DNA from: Schizochytrium sp. TIO01
Lineage: Eukaryota; Protista; Bigyra: Labyrinthulomycetes
NCBI GenBank assembly: GCA_004764695.1
Contig: SMSO01000036.1
Location: forward strand, 1,178,001-1,242,000
Reading direction: 5' to 3'
DNA: 64,000 bases
Positions 11,238 through 21,800 of the stretch are shown piece after piece. How positions within the stretch are numbered: the stretch's first letter is position 1; every line of letters begins with the position of its first letter. A program made the position numbers and the translations under genes. The notes below the pieces were generated by a model, which was given only the letters and a program-made list of their open reading frames with translations, had not been told where the DNA came from and made no database searches.

Positions 11238-12473
11238 TTAGTATTCTGGCTCTCGCATATGTACTTGTGATATTTTTGCCCAGTTCTCCTCGAGTGGCTT
11301 TACTTCCTCTTCCATTTTCTTGAGGCGATCTGCAGTAAATGGCTTAAATGAGACGGGTGTGTACTTGTTCTTCATATATCCTATTGAGGAAGCCCTGGTA
11401 AAAATAGTTTTCAACTTCTCCCTTACGTCACCATCCGTCTTAATTTGATCACTTTCCTTTCCAATTGCTTTATTGTAATCAATAAGAGCGTCCTCAAACA
11501 AAGTCATAAAATTTTCACAATCATTCTCAGAAAATCTCAAGCGATCCACACTCCCGTCGTCGATCATTCCAACCTTATCCAGTCCATTTGTAGAAATACA
11601 CTTTTTTGCAAGCAATGCATTGTTTGTGGTGACAAAGGTAGTGATGTCCGTCTCATCAGACGGACCCATGTGACCCAGCATATATAACAGTTTCTCCATA
11701 GGACCTCTGTGAAACTTCCCCTTTTCGTCCCAGTAACCGAACATTCCATCAACATCACACAAAGAGTCAATCTGGTCTAAAAAAAGCACAATGCCCTTGT
11801 TATGTTCGTTGTATATCATCGTAAGAACTTCAGCCAGATCCACATGAGAGGGGTTTTGAATGCATTTTGGAGTGCTCAGCAATATATTTTGCAGCAAAAA
11901 TGTACCAAGGTATTTAGTTGGTTCAACCTCCTTTGCATTGCAGACCTGCTCATACTTTCCGAAATTTACCGTCAGAACAACCATATCCTGCTGTTGTGCG
12001 GTTTCAAGAATCATAGTTTTCACGTGAGTACTCTTTCCTGCACCCTCAACACCAGGTACAACCACAACACTACGACTAGGTGGGTTCAAATACCCTTTGA
12101 TTACGGGATCGATAGGATGGTTAAGCCATGGCTGCTTATAGGAAAGAGGATCATGTAGAGTATTGCCTTTGTTGAGCACGCGGCTCTTGTCAAATTTCTT
12201 GAGACGAACCATTGCACCCTTGTATATCTCCTCAGAAATCTGTACAAGAGTATTCCGAACGCCTTCCACGCTCAAGCCATTGTTATGATTCTCGTTCATC
12301 TGTACTCGATGTCGCTCGTGCTTATGAACACTGTCTTGTACTACACTAAAAAAGGACGATGCACTCGCAACATATGAGGAATATTCGCCCGCACTCCGGC
12401 CAATCCTCTCCGCGAACCGATTGATCGCAGAAGAAAGCGCCTGCCTGCCTGAGGTAGTAGGCAACCCGGTCAT
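11238..12473 (-). CDS. Orphan P-loop NTPase (AAA+/STAND-like ATPase domain), intronless
   Basis: Intact ~411-aa ORF from ATG 12473 (the track extends it to 12485). Walker A VVVVPGVEGAGKST, Walker B GIVLFLDQID, sensor-1-like TTFVTTNN. TATA-like CTATATA ~100 nt upstream (12569-12575). Confidence 0.85.
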   Translation of the reverse strand: MTGLPTTSGRQALSSAINRFAERIGRSAGEYSSYVASASSFFSVVQDSVHKHERHRVQMNENHNNGLSVEGVRNTLVQISEEIYKGAMVRLKKFDKSRVLNKGNTLHDPLSYKQPWLNHPIDPVIKGYLNPPSRSVVVVPGVEGAGKSTHVKTMILETAQQQDMVVLTVNFGKYEQVCNAKEVEPTKYLGTFLLQNILLSTPKCIQNPSHVDLAEVLTMIYNEHNKGIVLFLDQIDSLCDVDGMFGYWDEKGKFHRGPMEKLLYMLGHMGPSDETDITTFVTTNNALLAKKCISTNGLDKVGMIDDGSVDRLRFSENDCENFMTLFEDALIDYNKAIGKESDQIKTDGDVREKLKTIFTRASSIGYMKNKYTPVSFKPFTADRLKKMEEEVKPLEENWAKISQVHMREPEY

Positions 12474-12970
12474 ACTCACTACCAAGGCTAACTAAGAAAT
12501 TTGAAGTTTCGGTTTTGCTTATATGCAAGTAATACTTTTATTTCGTTTGTTTTAGCCAGTCAACTCGCTATATAGGTTTTACTTTAAGAGCATAGCTAGT
12601 GTACGAAAGTCGGTCAGTCGCGCGAACGGCAGTAATATTCTGGAAGAAAATTGTCGAGTAGTAATAAACAAACAGCTACTGACTAGCGAGAGAACCTGCA
12701 TATGATGTACCTAAGGTATAGAGGCTGTACAATAGTGTGCAGTGTATATTTGTTTTAGTTGATTCTGCACGTTCCTAGAAAGTGCTGTATACGAAGCCGG
12801 CCTAACCTGCGAAAAGGGCTCGCGATGGAAGAAAGGAATACAGGCATCGAACAGTCGTCGAAGGGTTTTCTGATACTCACTAGGCAGCAATTGCGATATA
12901 TAAGCGCGTAACACCTACCTGTAATAGCTCTACTTTCAACCTCCTGACTGATGCGTTTTTGCTTAGAAAA

Positions 12971-15714
12971 ATGTTAAAAGGTGTCAAAAAAAATTAAAAT
13001 TGAAAAAGTCATCAATGATCTCAAGACGATGGAGGCCTCTCAAAATATTTTACTTCATCAACAGATAGTCACACATGATTTACTGAATGCTCACAGAGAT
13101 CTACGATGCCATATTGAGCACTGTCTAGACCTTCCAGAAAACTGTCCATGGGCTATACATGATCATTTTATGCGATGTATGATACTTTGCGGCACGAACC
13201 AGCTCGAAATTTTTTGGAGACATCTATGAGCAGTAACTCCTGAGTCGTGTAGTTTGGAGTATACCTTCAACCTCTGGCTCAGCTTTTATTACGTCTTGGA
13301 ACTTTATGAGAGAGATACAGTTCGATAAACGATGGAGTTATTTACCAATGTCGCCACGTCATATAGCTTTGACTCAGCATATAAAATTAGAGCACAGTGA
13401 AGGATTGTTTGCACCGCTGCGCAAATGGCGCTAAAGGTATTGCAGAGCTCTTTTGTGTGCTACCTCTTGCCCAAGAGACCAGCCCCTACATGTTTAGAAT
13501 CCCTCCTAACTTCGCATCAACAGGAGTAAATATCGCTGGTGAATCTATCGACCCTCAGCAATTTTAAGTCTCTCTATAGATGAGACAACAGTCTTTGATC
13601 ATACTATCGAAAAAGCTTTGGAGTATTGGACACCACACAGCACTAAACAATAAACTCGAACCCAGACATTAGAAGATACTCAATCAATGAACCAAGAAGC
13701 TGCTTCTGATACAGAAAGTGTTGAAGGCACTTTATCATACCTAGAATTCCTCCCCTACGGATCTCAACTAGTCTGATGAATCCCAGACGAACAGCATATT
13801 CAGCACAGGCAAAGAGGGCTAGAAAGGGTGCAGAAATTAGGATGAGCCATTCTAATACATCTAAAAGCCGATCTAACAGGAGAGCAAAGAAGACGGACAA
13901 CCCTTCAAGAATGCGGAAAAACTGGTTCGGGAGTACTTTGAACTAGATTCAAACATTCACTGTTCATGACAAGACACTGGAGCAAGTTCATATGGTACCC
14001 AGTCAGAATGCCATCATACCGTTATCTTCCTTACATAACTATGTTGAAAAGACTCTGTCTATATTTCACCAGTTCCAGGCCTCACTCAATCCATTTGAAA
14101 GACGCTTCTTACGTTTCATTGCTATTCATTAATATCTTTGGCCCGATCATCTCCCTAATGATCTTCGTCAGGTAGACACAAAGAATATCAACTGTCAACT
14201 CCTACATAAGATGTGGAATGCTTTTCTTAATGGGTTCCATCGAAGTGATAACCCATTCAAGACGTTCATCAAAGTGCACACAGGTACAAGATAAAAATGC
14301 TCTAGAGTCATATGTTAGTCTTCTCAAGGTCACACCCTGTTCGTGTGTACCATCAAGGCTTCGTCAAGGTGAGCTATCGCAATCCTTCAATCTTGCAGTA
14401 TAGAAGATTATTGAGGAAGGAGAAAGCTCGATACAACAAGATGAATCAGTTCAAGGTAGTAATATCACTACTGAGATCTTCCAAGAACAGACAATTATTA
14501 CTACTAGAACTTATTTGCGCCAAGTTTCTCGTTTAAAGGAAGGTGAAGGAGATAGACAGAGGTATTACACATGAGCACAGTGCAAATAGCAGTACCGAGT
14601 CAGGCAAACCGAATGGAAGCATTCATTCTACCACGTTAAACATGAATAGAGATGTGCCTATGATTAGTACGGCTATCAATGAGCTAGGGAGTGGAGATAT
14701 GGGTCCACATTTGAATACCCTTCAACAACATGACGAGTATGTTCAGAATGTGAATGAGTCTGAGCTCAATATTAACGATAACCTTCAAAATACTATCAAG
14801 GGAGACTTCAGTGATATCCAAGATGATAATCCGACTAGCACGCGTGAATGGGTGCTCAAGTTGAATCCAGAACTGCTTGATGCAGTGAGACAAGTGCCAA
14901 AGAGTGGAATAGGTCGTATCAAATCAAATGGCCATTTGTTTATGCTCAGTGGAGACGCAGAGGGCTTCCAGTCCACATGAATACTAGCGTTTATCACTCC
15001 TATAACAATTCTCTTAAGTTTAAACGCAAAAGAGATAGTCAAAAAGACAAAAATAACCTGCAAAACGCCGTAATTCGCGTAGACAGTGATTCTAGGGCCC
15101 ATGAAAATATGTCTTGCTCACTCCACAGAGAAGAAACACTCAGAATTAGCAACTTAACTGATTTGAAGGAGGGAGTAGAACCTCTAGTAGCTCTTTCTAA
15201 AATAGTTTCTCCCGCTGCTACTGATGAGATCGATAATAGTTTGATTTCTCAAATCCCCAAAAGAAGATAACCGCGCCCATAACACCTGAAAAGAGAAGAA
15301 AACTCTGAAAATTAGCTTCAGCATCCTCTAGCAGTAGTGAAAATGAAGATAGTACACAGGATCAACCACCTTTTCAACCTTAAAAGAAATTTACATATAG
15401 AAAGGCCTGGTTGCCAAAATCTATCAGTTTCAGGAAATCCTATAACTTCGCGCCAGGTACAGCAAAGAAAAAGTCCTAATATGACTATGAATGAAGGAGA
15501 CGACTTTGTTTCTTTCCCAAGTCTAAATGAGAGTGATGCGGATAATGAAAGTAATGAAGATGTACAGGATACTGATTCGAACAAAATTGTACTCAGAAGG
15601 TCTCGAAGATTGTGTGCATCAAGTATTGAAGAAGACAAAACCTCCGTAATGAGACGTGGTTATGATTACTTAGAGGTATTTGGGGAAATGTCTTGGATGG
15701 TAGTAGTTAGTTAG
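12971..15714 (+). pseudogene. Long decayed coding region of unknown, probably TE- or virus-derived, origin
   Basis: Chain of + strand protein-like fragments (12981-13229, ~13960-14290, 14543-14980, 14977-15270, 15337-15714) joined by in-frame stops and frameshifts. TATA-like GATATATAAG at ~12895. No recognisable catalytic motif. Confidence 0.45.
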
Positions 15715-15719
15715 TATTA

Positions 15720-16000
15720 TGGCTAGGGTTGTCTTGTTGAATGTGCTTGATAGATTCAAGTGCTTCTGGTCGCTTTGGTATTTCGGGTCTGCCTGCAGGT
15801 TTTGCATTGCAGACTCCTCTCGATGCTTGCTTGATTCCCTTCATTCCCTGGTTGATTTCAGCGCAGTGTTGTACATCGCCCATCATGCCATCATGTCACT
15901 TTTGTCCTGGTTTCATCAGATAGGGGCTCCTCTTAATCTTGCGAAGTCATGTCGCAGAGATGTGTCTGAATTCCTTCTCAGTACTCCGCTAGTCCCAAAC
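15720..16000 (-). mobile_element. Possible highly degraded Ty3/Gypsy integrase zinc-binding (H2C2) remnant
   Basis: Joining frames gives ETRTKVT*WHDGMM...(P)GMKGIKQA...CKTCRQTR, resembling the WxH...WPGM...CxxCQ pattern; several frameshifts are needed. Confidence 0.25.
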
Positions 16001-16699
16001 TAGGCCTGATTGAAAATCAAGAGCGTCGTATCGCCAGCACAAGATCTTGCACAAAGTACAAGAGGTTGTTAAACCTGTTGTATAAAGTGAAAGAACTTTC
16101 TCAACAACCAACTTTGAAGATCATTGCACTCTGCGAAAAGGAACTTAAAACACAATCAAACGCAACCAGTACTAAACTTCGATTTACGGAGGATGAGGAT
16201 CTGCTCATAAAACATGTCTTGGGTTGTGAACAAATTTTGACACAGCCCCAACAAGGGAGAAATACCACTGTTGAATGGAGATCCTTTTGAAAGCTCTGAT
16301 TATATTCAGTTGCTGCTCTAACTCAGCGAAGAAGGTGACAATTATTATCGCCGTAACAACGAAAATAAAAAATAAAAATACTCAGGTGGGGCAACCCCAC
16401 AATCTGAAGTGCGCGTTTTTGCTTCAAATACAAGTCTAAGAAGAAGTTATTGAATAGAAGGAGGTCTTAGACAAGTTGGACAGTGGAGATAAGTATAAAG
16501 CCTTTGTTATTGCATTTAGCTGGCTAAACATCTGGTAAGCTTAAGCTTGGCATCTAGGAATCGACGGGTTCACCTGGCGGTGCGACCTGAACGAGAATAG
16601 ACGAGGCGGAGTCATTACTTTCTTGAAGCTGGAAAGGCCAGTAAAAACACAGTTCTGTATGGCATAGGTTCGGTGATTCGCCAACATTGTGAAAGCGGC

Positions 16700-17180
16700 T
16701 CTTGTAGAGAAGGTACTTGCGGGTCTCTCTAACATAAAGAGTTCTTACGTTGTGTATACGAAATGGGAGAAAGGAACTTATCTGGATATGCTGCCTGAAG
16801 TATGAAAGTCGCGACGTCGAATCTTGTTTCGATGTACTGTCTGATGTGGTGGGACGAGTGCTCCTTAAAGGAATGAATTCTGTCCAAGGCGCGAGCTTGA
16901 TATCTGGTGACATCAGAAATGGTCCAAAGATTGGTATTTACGATGGGCGATTCGTAAGGATCTTGGAGGTATCGCAGGAGGTTTTTATTGGTAAGTACAA
17001 TGAACTGTGTGAAAAAGATGAGGTGAGTAATGTAAAGTATAAGCTGGTTTCGCTTTTGCTTGGTATCGAGAGTCACAAACAAATGTGTTTCGCATTTGTA
17101 CAGGTCGGATTCCTTGCAGGTTTGGGACTTGGTTCGTTCGGAGGTGGCAAGTGATATATAGACCAGTTGGATATTTGAGT
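16700..17180 (-). pseudogene. Decayed non-LTR (LINE) reverse transcriptase C-terminal fragment
   Basis: Across frameshifts: QISNWSIYHL..NE(T)KSQ (W...N..K motif), ETHLFVTLDTK (KYLGVxLD-like), KNLLRY...NLW...YQARALDRI (thumb region W...QxRALRxI). Motif order is as in LINE RTs. Confidence 0.5.
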
Positions 17181-17429
17181 TATACTACATTCACAGAACG
17201 AACAAAATTGAATATTGAAACGAGAAATCAACAATCTTTCTTTTGAATGATACTGTAGCTGTGCATTGGGACTACGTCGCTAATGTAAATGTTAGATTTT
17301 ACTAGGTGAGTGCCAAATTTTGACCTCAAGGAGAGCAGAACGCCTAAATAGAGCTATTCCGTATTTCAAATGGAAGAACAATGTGAGGATTCATGATTTC
17401 TCGTAGTGAGGGTACTCCGTAAGTAGAAT

Positions 17430-17730
17430 ACATAAAATTTAAGAAAAACAATGTTTAAGTAGAGCATGAATTTTGAGAAGCCAAGATTTATTATTTTTTT
17501 TTTTTTTTTAATAGCCTTCAAATCAAGAACAGTGAATAACACTAAGTAAAGCAATAATATGAGGTTGAACATAAAGTTTGAGAAAAACATTAGCTATAAA
17601 GTTAAGTGAAGGAATAAGATTAGGAAACATTAAATTTAAGAAGAACAGTATCAATAAACACTGAATGAAAAACAGTACTAATGACAGTAAGTAAAGCAAT
17701 AAGATAAGGTTAAACTAAATTTAAACAGGT
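17430..17730. repeat. Degenerate AT-rich tandem repeats with a poly(T) tract (17494-17509)
   Basis: Recurrent units AAGAACAGT, TAAGTAAAGCAATAA (~17543 and ~17688) and AAATTTAAGAA / AAGTTTGAGAA. Confidence 0.6.
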
Positions 17731-17837
17731 GTTTACGTTTAAGACGCCCCCTTCATATATTCTTAGATAATTGTTCCGTGGAGGTTTTTCTCCCTCAAAG
17801 ACTAGCAGTGAAGCGCTAAGTATGCGCACTTTAGATA

Positions 17838-17858
17838 AAAGAAAGAAAGAAAGAAAGA
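17838..17858. repeat. (AAAG)n microsatellite abutting the 5' end of HINE copy B
   Basis: aaagaaagaaagaaagaaaga. Confidence 0.85.
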
Positions 17859-18201
17859 ATACTGTCAATCCCAGCCAACGAACCAATCATGGTACCCTAT
17901 ATACTTCCTGGAAAATGAACAGTCGATTTTTAAAATTAGAAACCTTTTCAGATTTTTTCGCTTTGGGTATCCTTTATCAAGAAATTGGCCATTCCAGGGC
18001 TCAAATCGCGCAGGGCGACGCTGCGCGGCCAAAAAATTTACCTTCTTTTGTTTGCCCAATCTAAGACCCCTACCTAGAGGACCCCGCGGGCCTCAAGGTG
18101 AAGGTAGTACCTCATAAAATAAGAGCTGAAGACCCGCTCTGGTTTGCATTTGCAACTTATGACTCAACTAATGCTCTCTGTTTTCCTACTTTTCACCAAA
18201 A

Positions 18202-18556
18202 TATCTGAAGTGCGCATACTTAGCGCTTCACTGTTGGTCTTTGGGGGAGAAAAAGGTCTACGGAACAATTATCTGACAATATATGAAAGGGGCGGCTTAT
18301 ACAGAACCACATTTCAAGATTTACCAGAAGGAAGTAGTAAGTTATTGTTTACTATAAGTATCAAAAGAACAGGGTAATGTACTCTGTGACTTAAAGAGAA
18401 GCCAACATCAATTGTATCATGCAAAAGAATGAGATTGTTTATTTCTCGTTTCAATTTTCAATTTGTTTATTTACCATGAACGTGGCAGAAAATATGCTGA
18501 AAATTGAAAATTAAAACGCGCACTTCAGACCGTAGGGTTGCCCCACCCGACTGTTT
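18202..18556 (+). mobile_element. Non-autonomous Helitron2/Helentron-like element (HINE), copy C
   Basis: 5' TATCTGAAGTGCGC followed by partial IR GCGCTTCA. 3' subTIR GCGCACTTCAGA (18518-18529), hairpin GTAGGG-TTG-CCCCAC (18532-18546), then CCGACTGTTT. Confidence 0.7.
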
Positions 18557-18842
18557 ATATATTTGTTTTGCGTGGTCGCTTCTCTCCTTAGGAATACATA
18601 TCAATATGAGGAAAGCAAAAGGGATCGCTGTAGCACGTAAGTTTGTAAGTTAGTTGTTACTTCTAACACTTTCAAGTTTTAAAACGCTGAACAAATTAAG
18701 AAACAAAATGACAAACAAAAAAAAGAGTAGTACTTAGCTTATAGAAACGTTTTGAAATAGTTTGGCAAAATCAATTCTCGCATCAAAATAAAAAGAAGCA
18801 TTGCATATTGGTACAGAGAAGCAAACGCGGCCAAAAATAATG

Positions 18843-21800
18843 TTAAGTTTCATGAAATACGAAAAGACCTGTATTACGGGGATTCAATTTGTGTTGCTGT
18901 AATGTCTCCTCAGTTGCCAGACGAGATACAAGCAAGCTTTGCAATTTGACAAGCTGCTCCCTTGCACGGTGTGTGATATTGCTACACTTGGAAAGATCTA
19001 GCATTGAGAGACTAGATCTTGCATTCGATTCGAGAGCTTGGACAAACATTCCCACTGCAACCTGTGTAATCTGTGTTCCTGTAAGAGATAGGGTTTCAAG
19101 GTTGATATTGATTTTTAGTTCATCACGTATCGAAAGAACCCCTGCATCGGATATTTTATTATTTCCTAGGAAAAGTTCTTTGAGAGTCCCTAATCCACGC
19201 GCGCCTATGGAAAGTGCCCCCTCGTCACTAATATTGTTATTTTCGAGTGTGAGTGTCTTCAGACCCCTTGCTAGCGGTATACTTTGGGAAAAAGTCATAC
19301 AGCCTTCATTTCGAATATCGTTCCAGTCTAAGTATAGTTCACACAAGACCGTATTGACACGGAGCGCAAGTGCAAGACGATGGGCACCTTTTGCAGTTAT
19401 GCGGTTGTGTGAAAGGCGTATTGTCTTCAGATGGCAGTTTTTGCAGAGCATCTCCGCACAGGCTGTAGCTCCTACGTCCCCAACGTTATTGGAACATAGA
19501 TTAAGAATTTGAAGATGTCGCAAAGGATATTTTAAAAGTAGATCTGTACAGCCGCCTCCCCCTATTTGATTGTGACGAAGATCCAAGAGGGTAAGTTTAC
19601 AACAATCTTCTTTGCACTGAGCACATAAACCACAGAGGAGTTCGCATGGCCCAGGGCTGCCAAAAAGAGTTTCTGCAAGGATAAGAGCGCCTTTCTTTCG
19701 AATTCGATTACCTTTATTCCATGATCCAAAGTGAAGATTACGCAGCTGGGACTTGCTCTTGACAAATAGTGCATTCATGAGTTCAGGTATACACTTATCA
19801 CCAATTGAATTTCCTTCAAGATGCACCTCTGCAATATCAGCACGAGAAGAGAAAGCACAAGAAAGTATAGGCATATCTTCATCACCTAAATTACACTCTG
19901 CGCACCAAATCTCTCTATCACTGGGAATTCCTTTTGATATTTTTTTTGTTTTTGCGTCATACAACGGGCAAAACTGGGTCGCTTGAATAATACGCATTTT
20001 TTCTGCTTCTACGAAGGCAGCGTGTTGAGGAGTATCTTCGACAATCAGGGGGAGAGACATGGGCGGAAAAAGTTTTCTGATGCTTTCATCTGCCTCGTCA
20101 TCTGTGTTTTCTTCATCTGACTCAGTTTCATATTTAGAAGCAGGTTTATCACTATTTGTATACTCCTTTGTTGATGCAGATATTCTCTGAATAGATCGGT
20201 CCTGATCTTCGTAATTCTCCACTCGAGCTAAATTTCGCCTTGCGTTCCCTTTCTCTTGATGCGAGCTTGTTTCGAAAGAATGACCGTTCTGAAACCTAGA
20301 TTTCCGTCCACTATATTGAGGCACTTCAAAATCGAAATTGCGAATATCTACTATAGCACTCGTTTGTACACCGCTAATTATCTCTTCGATTATATCTAGG
20401 CACTCCAATGAAAGTTTACATTTTGCTGACGAAAGCGCTGGCAAGACTACATATGTTTGACGAAGATGAACAACGCATAACTGATCCTGTATATTCTTTG
20501 CAAGCGCCGAAGCAAATTCAAAACCTCCCAAGTTATGAAGCGCTTCTTCATTCAAGTCTAAAAGGAGAAGATTGGGCATTCGTGCGACGCAAGCTAAGAT
20601 TATGCCGGCATCATCTTTGTGAATGAGGACCTTGGAAGAGGCATACAAACGCAGAATTTGGGATGAGAAGTCAATGTTCCATCGGATTGTCTCGATGCTG
20701 AGTAGACGAGTCTCGACGTTTGGAACATTCCTAACTACATTTGCTGTTTCACTTAGCATGTGCTTTTCGTATTTCGAGCCTCCTCCAAAACTAACATGCA
20801 GAAACCAGATATTTTTAGCTTCACTAGCACCAAAGAATGCACAAAAAAGCTGATACACCCAATCACAATTGGATTTTGAGCGTTGGTAACGATGAATTTC
20901 AATCCAGCACGATACAAACGAATAGTCTTTTGTTTTTGCTTCACAGTCATCTGCAATTCTATCATCTCTGAGTTTTGGATTTCGCGATTCAAACTTTCGT
21001 TCAGAACGTAGCTTTTGGATTCCCTCCATCGCCCCTGGTCGTGCATGAGGTAGTTCACGGTATACAATAAAAATATCTCCTAAATATAGTTTTGCCAGCT
21101 TGGTATTCCGGGCAAGAAGAGGACATATCACCTGTGATGGGCTTATCGAAAATACCTTCAACGCTGGGTTCTTTCTAAAATCAACAGCCTCCAAGCCTAC
21201 ATGTGTAGGTAAAACATTTGCTAGAAACGACTCTATACACTTAGTCGATAAACGATTTGCACGGAGGTCAAGGTAACGCACTTGCGGGAGGTGCTCAAGA
21301 CTACTTAACAAGCGACTTCCAGCCTCCTCGTCGATGCAGCAATTTGGAAGCCTAATCTCAACAGAATGCTTCCATGCGCTCAGCATGAAGCCGTACTGCG
21401 AGATCTTCAAAGGGGTCTTGGAGGCAGAGTTTTGATGAATGCTGGTTCGTCGGTGTTTTTTTTCTGCTTTTAAACATTGCTCTTCAAGAGTAAATACAGC
21501 TTCACTTTGACCTATGCGACCAAGACTTTCTAAAACTTGATATGAAAAGCCTGAAGCTAGTCCATACTCCTTAGCATACGCCAAAGCCACTTCAACGTCC
21601 TCTGCGGCCAGACTATCAATGAAGCGACGTTTGAGCTTTTTGGTATTCCAAATTGACCGCTGTTCATTTAGATAAGCCATACTGCACCAACTGGACAGCA
21701 TACATAGTGTTAAGCAAATAATATATGGTACTGTCCATAAACCATTTACAGCAACTGCTATTGCTGTAACTAATGCACCGAAAATCTGTGCAGCACGATT

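Larger units (their letters stand above)
16376..17837 (-). mobile_element. Non-autonomous Helitron2/Helentron-like element (HINE), copy B, with internal AT-rich tandem repeats and a LINE RT fragment
   Basis: Minus-strand 5' end TATCTAAAGTGCGCATACTTAGCGCTTCA at 17837, preceded by a T-run. 3' subTIR (TCTGAAGTGCGC on + at 16403-16414) next to a perfect hairpin GTGGGG-CAA-CCCCAC (16386-16400), then T-rich sequence. First 96 nt match copy C at 85/96; the 38-nt 3' block matches at 34/38. Confidence 0.7.

Noticed and set aside
12971-15714. Gene in an alternative genetic code (stop-codon reassignment)
   Set aside because: All three stop types occur and several frameshifts are also needed; ordinary decay fits better.
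17430-17730. CRISPR-like array
   Set aside because: Repeats are degenerate, AT-rich and irregular with no constant repeat-spacer period; eukaryotic context and no cas genes.
17742-18297. 556-bp MITE with 96-bp TIRs and TA target duplication, nested in a 2.2-kb TIR element (16382-18550)
   Set aside because: Possible but disfavoured. Weak similarity continues ~25 nt beyond the supposed TA ends, inner and outer repeats share the same 12-bp core in facing orientation, and a third element at 10033-10561 has the same asymmetric ends. Two inverted HINE copies explain all of this.
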